Notes under the pieces: model-generated
What the model was told of the DNA's origin: nothing
The model's input: the letters and a program-made list of their open reading frames with translations, nothing else
The model's database searches: none
Made by a program: the position numbers and the translations under genes
Assembly: GCA_965219955.1 (NCBI GenBank)
Contig: OZ244799.1
Coordinates: forward strand, 3,584,001-3,648,000
Length of the DNA: 64,000 nt
Direction: 5' to 3'
From: a bacterium
GTDB lineage: Bacteria > UBA8248
In this document: positions 9,673-18,871 of the stretch, piece after piece
Numbering within the stretch: the first letter of the stretch is position 1
Layout of the letters: every line of letters begins with the position of its first letter

Positions 9673-10869
9673 CTAAAACGCCGTGGCCACTCCTTTCACA
9701 TAGGCTTGCCCGGTTCTCAGCCGCAGGATTTGATTCGTGCCGTCCGAGTGCAAGAACGTACTGGCATCGCGAAGGTATTTTTCCATGGGGGCATCGTGCA
9801 TGATGCCTGCGCCGCCGAAAACCTCCATGCCCAGTCTCGCGCAATCAAAAGCGATTTCCGACGCGAAAACTTTGCATTTCCATCCTTGCGTGAAATCATA
9901 GGGCTTTTGATGGTCCACCGCCCAGGCGGTGCGCCAGATGTACGTGCGCGCAATGTCCAGATTCATCGCCATATCGGCAAGTATGGTTTCTATCGCCTGG
10001 TGCTGGCCGATGGGCTTGCCGCCCTGGACACGTTCCCGACTGTAGACGAGCGCCTTCTCGAACGCAGCGCGTCCAACGCCTAAGGCCGTTGCGGCTGCTT
10101 CGGGTTTTCCCATCGCCAGAAGGTTACCCCTGATCTCGAACATGTTTCCCTCGCCCAGGATGATGTGGTTCTCTGGAATCTCGACGTCTTCATAGAAAAT
10201 TTCAGAATTCATCGAAAGACGCTGGCCAATTTTTTCATGCACTTCGCCTATCGATATGCCGGGAGTCTCTCTAGGCACCAGAAAGCCCGTTAAACCTTCC
10301 CTCAAGTTTTTGCTGAGATCGGTTCTTGCCGCCAAAACGTACAACGACGCAACAGGGCCATTGCTGACATAGCGTTTTTTCCCGTTGAGGATCCATTTGC
10401 CGCCTTCTCTCTCCGCGCGCGTATAAAGCGCGATGGAAGGGTCGTCGTAATATCCCTGATGGTCGGTTCCCGCTCCTTCTTCCGTCATGGAAATCGCAGC
10501 CAGGAATCTTGGCTCTTCACATAAACGTTTAATCCACGGATCTCTGACTTCAGGCTCTACTTTTTCGAATATATGGGACAGCTTCCATGTCTGATCCAGG
10601 TTCACCGCAAAACCCAGATCTCCCGCTGCAAGCTCCTCTCCCGCCAGACAGCACGAAAGCACATCGGCGCTCATGCCGCCATGTTCTTTGGGGTAAGGGA
10701 GTTGTCTGAGACCCAAGGCGCTTGCCTTTTCGGTCAGATCCCAAGGCATCCGTTCTTCCCAGTTCTGAATCCGGTCACGCTCGGTGGACACCGGGGCCAA
10801 TTCTTCATAGGAAAATTTTCTGGCTATTTCCTGAATCTGTAATTGTTCCTCATTCAACGTGAATTCCAT
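9673..10869 (-). CDS. Acyl-CoA dehydrogenase family protein
   Basis: SMTEEGAGTD, WILNGKKRYVSNG, RVQGGKPI, VFGGAG, EKYLRD. Confidence 0.92.
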   Translation of the reverse strand: MEFTLNEEQLQIQEIARKFSYEELAPVSTERDRIQNWEERMPWDLTEKASALGLRQLPYPKEHGGMSADVLSCCLAGEELAAGDLGFAVNLDQTWKLSHIFEKVEPEVRDPWIKRLCEEPRFLAAISMTEEGAGTDHQGYYDDPSIALYTRAEREGGKWILNGKKRYVSNGPVASLYVLAARTDLSKNLREGLTGFLVPRETPGISIGEVHEKIGQRLSMNSEIFYEDVEIPENHIILGEGNMFEIRGNLLAMGKPEAAATALGVGRAAFEKALVYSRERVQGGKPIGQHQAIETILADMAMNLDIARTYIWRTAWAVDHQKPYDFTQGWKCKVFASEIAFDCARLGMEVFGGAGIMHDAPMEKYLRDASTFLHSDGTNQILRLRTGQAYVKGVATAF

Positions 10870-10942
10870 GGACGTTCCTCCCGTCAATTGCCCCTTGAAA
10901 GCGAGGCAAATAATCAATCACTTTAAGGAAAACAAAAGCGTA

Positions 10943-11326
10943 TCATGAAGAACAAGACAATACGCGATTGGCCGCTTCCATTTCCATGACACCAGGCGGC
11001 CTCCCAACACCCTCGACAAAGGCGGCATCCGCTCCCGCCATTTCAAGCTGGAAAACAGCCTCGTTCAAATCCGTGTTCGGGGACAACGATATCCCTCGTC
11101 TCGAAGGCATATCCGTTTTGGCAACCTCGCTCACTTTTTGAAATACCTCGGGCACACGAACAAATGCATCAAGGTCCTCTTTGTTCACAATGCCGATCAA
11201 GCGCTTGCTTTCAAAAACAGCCGCCCAAGGCGCGTTTATCCTGTTCATGGCCGCCCAGGTTTCTCTGGTGTCTTCTTCCGCCCCAACAATCGCTACCGCC
11301 TGCAAAAAACACTCCCTGACTTTCAT
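10943..11326 (-). CDS. CBS domain-containing protein
   Basis: Degenerate CBS pair (LIGIVNKEDL; LSPNTDLNEA); ATGA overlap with the upstream gene. Confidence 0.6.
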   Translation of the reverse strand: MKVRECFLQAVAIVGAEEDTRETWAAMNRINAPWAAVFESKRLIGIVNKEDLDAFVRVPEVFQKVSEVAKTDMPSRRGISLSPNTDLNEAVFQLEMAGADAAFVEGVGRPPGVMEMEAANRVLSCSS

Positions 11327-12024
11327 TGCTCGATTTTCTCGGCCGCCGGCAAATGCCCGAAGCGCGTCATCGCTTCAACTTTCAAAAACGTTGATTTCAT
11401 CGCCTTTAGTCTTTCCAGCGGATGTAGGGCTATTTTACCGGCCAGATCGCGAACGTCGGTCAATAGGTCTTTTTTCGATGTGACGCGATTCACCAATCCT
11501 AAGCGATATCCTTCTCGCGCATCAAATCTTCTGCCGGTGAGCACCAAATCTTTCGCAGCAGAAACAAAAATCTGCCGCGTCAGGCGAACAGTAGCGTCCC
11601 CTCCGGGAAATACCCCCAACGCAGTCTCCGGATACCCCAAAACTGCGCCGTCCACCGCAACACGAATATCACATGAGAGCATCAACACCATCCCCCATCC
11701 GAAAGCGGGTCCGTTTACGGCTGCTATGGTCGGGATGGGCAGTTCACGAAGGGCCGTGCTCCACCTCTCGCCCAACATCATGAAGAGCTTCGCTTGTTCT
11801 TCAGTATGGGTGGCGCTTTCCTTGAGGTCGCGCCCTGACGAAAAAGAGCTTCCCGCTCCCGTCACAACTAGAACCTTAATACCCGGCGTCTTTTCAATTT
11901 CATCCATCTCTTTACACATGGCTTTCATCAATGGCGTGTTGAACGCATTTCGTGCTTCCGGCCGATTAACGGTGATGCTCGCGACATGGGATTCGATTTG
12001 TGTGATGAGGAAGTCTGTATTCAT
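11323..12024 (-). CDS. Enoyl-CoA hydratase/isomerase family protein
   Basis: NRPEARNA, FSSGRDL, PTIAAVNGPAFGWG, YPETALG. Confidence 0.9.
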   Translation of the reverse strand: MNTDFLITQIESHVASITVNRPEARNAFNTPLMKAMCKEMDEIEKTPGIKVLVVTGAGSSFSSGRDLKESATHTEEQAKLFMMLGERWSTALRELPIPTIAAVNGPAFGWGMVLMLSCDIRVAVDGAVLGYPETALGVFPGGDATVRLTRQIFVSAAKDLVLTGRRFDAREGYRLGLVNRVTSKKDLLTDVRDLAGKIALHPLERLKAMKSTFLKVEAMTRFGHLPAAEKIEQ

Positions 12025-12098
12025 GTCTTGTCACAATGAACAAAAAGCCCGTCCCCTAAGGGACAGGCTCGATACTGCAAGTAAGATTAGGCGTCTTT

Positions 12099-12881
12099 TT
12101 ATTCTCCGGTAAAAACAGGTTTCCTCTTCTCTTTGAACGCCTGCAGCGCCTCGGCGAAATCCCTGGTGTGATTCAACGGCAACCTGTGGGCGTTCGAAAA
12201 TTCGATAGCCTGAGCGAGCGGCATATCGAGCGTCTGATCGATCACTTTTTTCGCGCCACGAACACCCAAGGGGCCATTGTCTCTGATCCGCTCCGCGATG
12301 GAAGTGGCTTCATCCATCAACACATCCAGCGGATGCGCTTTGTTCACCAAACCGATGCGCTCGGCTTCTTTTCCATCGATTCGTTTGCTCGTGTAAACCA
12401 ACTCTTTCGCCTGACCGGCCGGCATTACCCTTTGAAGCCAGACCACGCCGCCGGCCCCGGGGAAAATACCCAAACTGCATTCCGGGAAACAAAGAGTGGC
12501 TTCTTCAGCAGCCAGCCTGATATCGCACACCAAGGTAATTTCCACGCCCCAGCCGAATGTATGGCCGTTGATGGCGGCGATGGTGGGCATGGGCAAGCGC
12601 TCCCATAACGATGTCGCCGCCATCACATAGCGCTGATATTGATCGGCCATCTCTTTCGTATGGGTAGTGCTTTCTTTCAGGTCGCGGCCCGTGCTGAAAC
12701 CACGTCCCTCTCCTGTGAGAATGACCACCCGCACATCTTGCGCGTCGGCCAAAGTTCGCGTCAATTCCACGAATTCTTCCGCCATCTTGAAACTGATTGC
12801 GTTCAGACTCTCCGGACGGTTGAACTTCACTACCGCCAATCCATCTTCTTCCGTATAGGATAATGTTTCAAATTCGCGCAC
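12099..12881 (-). CDS. Enoyl-CoA hydratase/isomerase family protein
   Basis: NRPESLNA, FSTGRDL, GWGVEI, FPECSLG, AFKEKRKPVFTG; RBS AGGAGG before GTG 12881. Confidence 0.92.
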   Translation of the reverse strand: MREFETLSYTEEDGLAVVKFNRPESLNAISFKMAEEFVELTRTLADAQDVRVVILTGEGRGFSTGRDLKESTTHTKEMADQYQRYVMAATSLWERLPMPTIAAINGHTFGWGVEITLVCDIRLAAEEATLCFPECSLGIFPGAGGVVWLQRVMPAGQAKELVYTSKRIDGKEAERIGLVNKAHPLDVLMDEATSIAERIRDNGPLGVRGAKKVIDQTLDMPLAQAIEFSNAHRLPLNHTRDFAEALQAFKEKRKPVFTGE

Positions 12882-12920
12882 GTGCCCCTCCTGGGAAATA
12901 CTTTTTCTCAATAATTCGGA

Positions 12921-13451
12921 TCAGCTTTTCAGGTGGCTGGCCACTTCTTCGACAAACTTCAGCGTCGTGTCTCTCATTTCATCGGGCTGCAAATTACTGA
13001 CCGGGTGAGGCAACTGAATATAAGGATGCCCTTCCATGCCCTTGCCACGGAATTGAAAGTCCGCCGCGTTCTTGAACGCCTCGGTGATGATGGTCGTTGA
13101 AGGAATGCCCCGTTTTTCAAATTCAACCGTGTCGTGCACACTGCACAACGTGCAGGAGCCTCAGCCTCCCAATGCGGCTATCGCCACATCCACCTCCTGG
13201 GCCATTTCTTCGATCATTTCATCAGTGGCCGGCTTCGAGTAATGTTCTTTTCGCCTCGAAATGACTCTGGCGACATCGTATTGCTCACGGAGGGCATTCC
13301 CCAGGGTCTCCAAAATGATATCCGCTTGTTCTTTGGTGTTATCGAGGAGCCCTACCACCTTTCCCGAAAGATCGCCGGGCCGTTGCGCAAGCACGATTCG
13401 CGCGGCCGACCCTCCCGCCGTCGGATCGATGAATCCCATTCCGTTCGCCAT
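12921..13451 (-). CDS. UGSC family selenoprotein (single CDS read through TGA 13161-13163)
   Basis: Track ORFs 13161-13490 and 12921-13148 are in the same frame and join as AIAALGG-TGA-GSCTLCSVHDTVEFEKRGIPS. RBS GGAG before ATG 13451. Confidence 0.88.
13131..13149 (-). promoter_or_regulatory. Putative bacterial SECIS element (UGSC protein)
   Basis: 8-bp stem GTTGTGCA/TGCACGAC with a GTG loop at +20 from the TGA (GU-initiated loop). Confidence 0.7.
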
Positions 13452-13645
13452 GGTTTTCTCCAAATGATAGGTGAATGCAACCGAAACCAAATCATATCCC
13501 GCAATTCATTCCTTGTCTACGATATCAACTCTTTCGATTTTCCCATGAAAATGCGAATGATGTTTTATCCGCTTCTCAGATTCGCGGAATTTTGGCAAAA
13601 TCAAGTCTAATTCACGGCAATCCTCTTACCTTAAGGAGCAAACAA

Positions 13646-15907
13646 ATGGCCGATTACGATATCATCGGCAAGTCGAATGTCCGATACGATGCTATCCCGA
13701 AAGCAGATGGCTCCATGCCCTACGGAGAAGACGCGATCCCTGCAGGCGCTTTGCAGTGCGGCGTGCTGTTTACGCCCGTCCCCGTAGGCCGCCTCAAAAA
13801 GCTCGACACTTCCAAAGCCGAAAAAATCCCGGGCGTAGTCGCCATTCTGACCGCAAAGGACATTCCGGGCACAAACGCGCGATTCGGCTCCGGCACGCCG
13901 GGCCTGCCACATCAGCCCGTGCTGGTTGAGGATAAAATTGAATTTACCGGAGACGCTCTCGCCATCGTAGGCGCCGAAAACAGAGAAGCGCTTGATGCCG
14001 CGATAGCTGCGATCGAATTGGAAATCGAGGCGGAGGAGGGCGTGTGGACAACGCGTCACGATGAAACTAGCGCCGAGAAACGACAAGCGTGTGACTTTGA
14101 AGCTACACGTGGAGACGTAAAAAGAGCGTTTGACGAAGCCGACGTGGTGATTGAGAAAACATACACCACACAACTTGCTGAACACGCCTTCCTGGAACCT
14201 GCTTCCGGTACTTCCTGGATGGAGGAAGACGGCGTCATCACCATCCGCGTCGGCACACAGCTCATTGAATACTATCGCGCCATTGCGGCGATTTTAGGAA
14301 TCTCGCACAGCCGCGTCCGCCACCTCGGCACTTATGTCGGCGGCGGATTCGGCGCCAAGGGCATGCTGACGGTGGAACCTTACCTGGCGCTGCTCACCTG
14401 GCATACGCAAAGACCCGCCGTAATGGTGTTGGGTCGCGAGCACGGCATCCGAAACACCTCGAAAAAACATCCTTTCTATATGAAGTACAAAACGGGAGCG
14501 ACCAAGGACGGGAAAATCTTGGCCGTACAGGCGGACATCGTGGGAGACGCAGGCGCATATCCGTATAAATCGAATCTATTCCTCCTGGGCGCCATGTGCA
14601 TCGCCGCAGGCCCGTACGATGTGCCCAACGCAAAAATACGCGCACACGGCTATCTCACCAACAATCCCATCACCAACGCGATGCGCGGTGTCGGATCGAA
14701 CCAAGTATGTTTCGCGTATGAGACCCAAATGAACCTGGTTGCAGACGCCATCGGGATGGATAAATATGAATTCAGGCGAAAAAATTTCATCCAGAAAAAC
14801 CAGGAACTGCCGACCGGACAGAAAATACCTTATGAACCGAACCTGGAAGGGTGTCTCGACGGCGCGCTTCAGGCTTTGGGCGAACCCACAGAACCAGGCC
14901 CGGGCAAACGCATTGGCAGGGCGGCGGCGGCGAACATCACCGGCTACGGAAGGCCGAATGACGACGCGAATGCGGCGGTTCACCTCGAGCCGGACGGCAG
15001 CGCCGTGGTCCGCGTGAGTGCGCCGGATATAGGCGCCGGCCAGGGCGCTACGCTTCAAAGCATCACGGCTGAAACCCTGGGACTCAGGCTCGACCAGGTT
15101 TCCACCCGCCTGTCCGATTCCGCCACAACACCGCTCTCGGGCATCACCGCAGGCTCCCGACAAACGCTTATGGCCGGGCACGCCGTTCGACTCGCCGCAG
15201 ATGAGGTTCGGAAAGCCGTTACCAAAGGCGCCGCTTCGTTGCTTGAAGCTGCGGAAGAGGATATTCGCGTAGGAGGCGGCGAGGCGTGGGTGGCCTCTGC
15301 TCCCGAGAGAAGAGTCGGCATCGGTCCTGCGGCCGGCGAAGCCAAAAAAATGGGTGAAGCGCTGCATTGCACGCATGGCTACAACATGCCGGGACATGAA
15401 TATGAGAATCCGGAGCGATACATGAATGGCATGGGCGGATGGTCGGACTACACATTCGGTGTTCATGCAAGCGAAGTGGAAGTCGACATCGAAACCGGCG
15501 AAGTGAATCTCTTGAAGCACGTCGCTTCCCATGACGTCGGGCGAGCTCTGAATCCTCAAAGCGTGGAGGGGCAATTCGAAGGCGGCGCGGTAATGGGAAT
15601 CGGCTATGCGCTGCACGAGGAAATCACCATGGTGGAAGGAGACTGTCGATCACAGAGCTTTCACGAGTATCTGATCCCCACCTCCTCGGATATCGGCGAG
15701 TTTGAGTCCGTTGTTCTTGAATGCGGGGAAGGGGCGGGTCCATATGGCGCACGCGGCGTCGGAGAACCTCCGTGCAATAACGCGCCGGCCGCTGTCGCCC
15801 TCGCCATCAACGATGCGATAGGCACGGAGGTCTACGACCTGCCCATCACGCCCGAGCGTGTCTGCTGGGCGGTAACAAAGAAAAACGGTAAAAGCAACGG
15901 CCATTAA
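13646..15907 (+). CDS. Xanthine dehydrogenase family molybdopterin-binding subunit
   Basis: EHAFLEP, VGGGFGAKG, AMRGVG, DIGAGQG, GQFEGG, GARGVGEPP; RBS AAGGAG before ATG 13646. Confidence 0.93.
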   Translation: MADYDIIGKSNVRYDAIPKADGSMPYGEDAIPAGALQCGVLFTPVPVGRLKKLDTSKAEKIPGVVAILTAKDIPGTNARFGSGTPGLPHQPVLVEDKIEFTGDALAIVGAENREALDAAIAAIELEIEAEEGVWTTRHDETSAEKRQACDFEATRGDVKRAFDEADVVIEKTYTTQLAEHAFLEPASGTSWMEEDGVITIRVGTQLIEYYRAIAAILGISHSRVRHLGTYVGGGFGAKGMLTVEPYLALLTWHTQRPAVMVLGREHGIRNTSKKHPFYMKYKTGATKDGKILAVQADIVGDAGAYPYKSNLFLLGAMCIAAGPYDVPNAKIRAHGYLTNNPITNAMRGVGSNQVCFAYETQMNLVADAIGMDKYEFRRKNFIQKNQELPTGQKIPYEPNLEGCLDGALQALGEPTEPGPGKRIGRAAAANITGYGRPNDDANAAVHLEPDGSAVVRVSAPDIGAGQGATLQSITAETLGLRLDQVSTRLSDSATTPLSGITAGSRQTLMAGHAVRLAADEVRKAVTKGAASLLEAAEEDIRVGGGEAWVASAPERRVGIGPAAGEAKKMGEALHCTHGYNMPGHEYENPERYMNGMGGWSDYTFGVHASEVEVDIETGEVNLLKHVASHDVGRALNPQSVEGQFEGGAVMGIGYALHEEITMVEGDCRSQSFHEYLIPTSSDIGEFESVVLECGEGAGPYGARGVGEPPCNNAPAAVALAINDAIGTEVYDLPITPERVCWAVTKKNGKSNGH

Positions 15908-17642
15908 CCCGGATATTTCACCGACAAATGGCATGGGGCCTCTGAATGTCGGATAATGTGAGTTGTCTCAATAACTTACACCCGTCCGACAGAGAGGCCC
16001 CATGGATACGCATTGTACACCGGAACAACTTCACTTTCACCCCCACGGAAGACGCGAGGTCATCGCCCGATTCGACGGCGGACGGATCACGTCGGACGCC
16101 GGCGGGGTGCTGCTTCGCGAGACGGATCTCCGCCTGGGTCTGATGGCTCGTCTGGCGCGGTGTTTTCGTGATTGCCGCAAGCCCGGCAGCGTGGAGCACC
16201 CGGTGCGCTCGCTGGCGGCGCAGCGGGTGTACGCGCTGGCGCTGGGCTACGAGGACCTGAACGACCACGAGGATTTGCGCCGCGACAGGTTGCTGGCGCT
16301 GCTGGTGGGCAAGCGGGACCTGACGGGAGCCGGGCGGGTTCGCCTTCGGGACCGCGGCTCTCCGCTGGCCGCATCGAGTACGCTGAACCGCCTGGAGTTG
16401 GGCGGCGCCGAGGCGGCGACGGATCGCTACAAGCGCATCGCTGCGGACTTCGAGGCGATGGACCGCCTGCTGGTGGACGTGTTCATGGAGTCTTACGCCG
16501 AACCGCCCGAAGAGATATGGCTGGACCTCGACGCCACGGACGACCCCCTGCACGGTCGCCAGGAGGGGCGCTTCTTCCACGGCTATTACGGCCGCTACTG
16601 TTATCTGCCGCTCTACGTCTTCTGCGGCGCGCATCTGCTGTGCGCGCGGCTGCGCCGCTCGAACGTCGACGCCTCGGCCGGCAGCGAGGAGGAGTTGGCG
16701 CGGATCGTGGCGCAGGTCCGCAGGCGCTGGCCGCGTACGCGGGTCGTGGTTCGCGGCGACTCGGGTTTTTGCCGCGAGCCGTTGATGCGCTGGTGCGAGG
16801 AGAACGGCGTCGGCTACGTGTTCGGCATGGCGCGCAACGCGCGGCTGGTGCGGGCGATTGGCCGGGACCTCTACCGGGCCGAGGTCGTCTGTCGCCGCAC
16901 GGGTGAGCCGGCGCGCCGGTATCGCGACTTCCGCTATCGAACGCGCAAGAGCTGGTCCAGAACCCGCCGGGTGGTGGGCAAGGCGCAATACCTGCCCAGG
17001 GGGGCGAACCCGCGGTTCGTGGTCACCAATCTCCGCCCCCGGCGGGCCGGCGCCAGACGCCTCTACGAAGAACTCTACTGCGCCCGGGGAGAGATGGAGA
17101 ACCGCATCAAGGAACAGCAACTCGGCCTGTTCGCCGACCGCACCAGCAGCGCCACCATGAGGGCCAATCAGTTGCGGCTCTACTTCGCCTCCTTCGCCTA
17201 CGTCCTGATGCACGGACTCCGGCGCCTGGGGCTGGCGGGCACGACATGCGCCAGGGCCCAGTGCGCAACGATCCGGCTGAAACTGCTCAAGATCGGCGCC
17301 CGCGTGAGGGTCAGCGTGCGCAAGGTCCGGCTGTCTATCTCCGAGGCCTGGCCCCATGCGGCGCTCTTCGAAAAGGTAGTGAACAACCTGCGTACGCACC
17401 CGCCCTGGCCGACGGCGGGGGAGAGTGACTGAGCGTAGAATCGGAGCGACATAGGTTGCCGCAGCGGGAAACCTGCGCCTGCGCGTCGGCCGGCACTCCC
17501 CGAAAGCCTTCGAAATCGACGAAAAAGCGCCGCTCGGGCGCCGTGCGTCATCGTATCGCGCCGACGAAGAAGGCCGCCTCCCGAATCAAGCCGTCCACGA
17601 CTTCAAATCAGGCCGTTCCAAAGCCTCGGTGAAATATCCGGG
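15908..17642 (+). mobile_element. IS1380 family insertion sequence, complete (1735 bp)
   Basis: Perfect 17-bp terminal IRs CCCGGATATTTCACCGA (15908-15924 and 17626-17642), flanked by TTAA direct repeats (15904-15907 and 17643-17646). Confidence 0.93.
16002..17432 (+). CDS. IS1380 family transposase
   Basis: FDGGRITSDAG, LDLDATDDPLHGRQEG, RGDSGF, YCARGEMENRIKEQQ. Confidence 0.95.
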   Translation: MDTHCTPEQLHFHPHGRREVIARFDGGRITSDAGGVLLRETDLRLGLMARLARCFRDCRKPGSVEHPVRSLAAQRVYALALGYEDLNDHEDLRRDRLLALLVGKRDLTGAGRVRLRDRGSPLAASSTLNRLELGGAEAATDRYKRIAADFEAMDRLLVDVFMESYAEPPEEIWLDLDATDDPLHGRQEGRFFHGYYGRYCYLPLYVFCGAHLLCARLRRSNVDASAGSEEELARIVAQVRRRWPRTRVVVRGDSGFCREPLMRWCEENGVGYVFGMARNARLVRAIGRDLYRAEVVCRRTGEPARRYRDFRYRTRKSWSRTRRVVGKAQYLPRGANPRFVVTNLRPRRAGARRLYEELYCARGEMENRIKEQQLGLFADRTSSATMRANQLRLYFASFAYVLMHGLRRLGLAGTTCARAQCATIRLKLLKIGARVRVSVRKVRLSISEAWPHAALFEKVVNNLRTHPPWPTAGESD

Positions 17643-17660
17643 TTAACAGGCTTCAATCAC

Positions 17661-17694
17661 AAAAGAGCCCCGGCATTATTGTCGGGGCTCTTTT
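17661..17694. terminator. Bidirectional rho-independent terminator
   Basis: AAAAGAGCCCCGGCA-TTAT-TGTCGGGGCTCTTTT between convergent units. Confidence 0.8.
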
Positions 17695-17816
17695 CTAAAG
17701 AAACACACAGTATTTCTTGTATTGCAAAGAGCAGACCGAACAGAGTCCTTTCGGGATTCTGAGATGTGTTGCTGAAAACCCGGTCTTCTGACCATTATTT
17801 TCTGAAAAGAAAACTT

Positions 17817-18836
17817 TCACACATCAAATTTTTTTGTCACGGCCCGACACGCCACGGTGATCCCGTGCATGACCATGCTGGAGGGTGAACCCCTGCTTCC
17901 CGCGACGATTAAATGAAGGTCTTCGGGATCGCCAACCGCAGGCACAAAAAAATCATCATCGTTCACATCCACGGGAAACGGCCAGCGATCCGCGCCTTTC
18001 TCTCCCCTCCAGATACCGCCGCGCTTGATATCCCCGATAGTGCGCCCACCCATTTCCAGTAATTTTTGATGGACATCACTGCGAGTCATTCCGGCGTCAG
18101 CGCAAAGATGCGCATGTTGCGCGCCCAGGACAACCGCCATATCTGCTTGCCGATACATATTGGGCCCACCCAAGGCGGACATCATATCGGCAACCGTCGT
18201 CAGAAGCCGGTCGGGCGTCAGGCTCGCATCGTCCCATACCTGCACGGGTCCTTCGAGTGGAATCATGGTCACCACGCTATCGTTCTTTGAAAACCCTTTG
18301 GATTCCGCATACGACTCCCAGGGAGATTCCTCCTCGTTCTCCATGATGCAAAAAGTGTTTCGCCAGGGGCCGCCAAAACCGCCGAGACAGGTGATACCGG
18401 GAATGCCTCCCCCCACGTTCATCATGATGAGCCGCACGGCGCGGCCGATGGTCAGATTCGCGCGAAAACCGGGACCCATGCAGCCCACTCCGCCGTGCAG
18501 TCCGATCTCCTTTGCGTAGGGACCATTAACCAATAGAAAAGGAGCGCCCGCGCTTGTTGTGGCCTGAATCAGATTTACGTTGAAACGCTCATCAAGAAGC
18601 GCCTCCAGCCCGGCTATCAAAACCGGCATGTATTCGGGCTTGCAACCCGCCATCACGGCATGGGCCGCCACGCTTTGAATGCTGAGTTCCCCGCCCGCCG
18701 GAGCCACTTGGCCAAGCACTTCGCCCGGCTCCCTTGTCGTTCCTGTGAGCATCAAGCCAATTCTCTCTTCCGTGGGCGTCACGACAGGCAGGCCGTCCGA
18801 CCATTCCTTGTCAAAGAAAAACTCAAACTCATCCAT
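17817..18836 (-). CDS. UGSC-partner 'DGLP' family protein, paralog 4
   Basis: WSDGLPVVTPTEER, AHAVMAGCKPEY, GPGFRANLTIGRA, ENEEESPW. Confidence 0.8.
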   Translation of the reverse strand: MDEFEFFFDKEWSDGLPVVTPTEERIGLMLTGTTREPGEVLGQVAPAGGELSIQSVAAHAVMAGCKPEYMPVLIAGLEALLDERFNVNLIQATTSAGAPFLLVNGPYAKEIGLHGGVGCMGPGFRANLTIGRAVRLIMMNVGGGIPGITCLGGFGGPWRNTFCIMENEEESPWESYAESKGFSKNDSVVTMIPLEGPVQVWDDASLTPDRLLTTVADMMSALGGPNMYRQADMAVVLGAQHAHLCADAGMTRSDVHQKLLEMGGRTIGDIKRGGIWRGEKGADRWPFPVDVNDDDFFVPAVGDPEDLHLIVAGSRGSPSSMVMHGITVACRAVTKKFDV

Positions 18837-18871
18837 GCGTTCATCCTCAAAAGCAAGCCTGAGAGAAAGGC

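Noticed and set aside
10943-10945. Further Sec read-through at the CBS gene TGA
   Set aside because: No catalytic Cys context, no evident SECIS hairpin and no meaningful downstream frame.
12921-13490. Two separate small ORFs (75 aa and 109 aa)
   Set aside because: They are in the same frame and join through TGA into one UGSC-motif protein.
15918-17399. 493-aa minus-strand ORF
   Set aside because: Antisense shadow of the GC-rich IS1380 transposase, with no motifs of its own.
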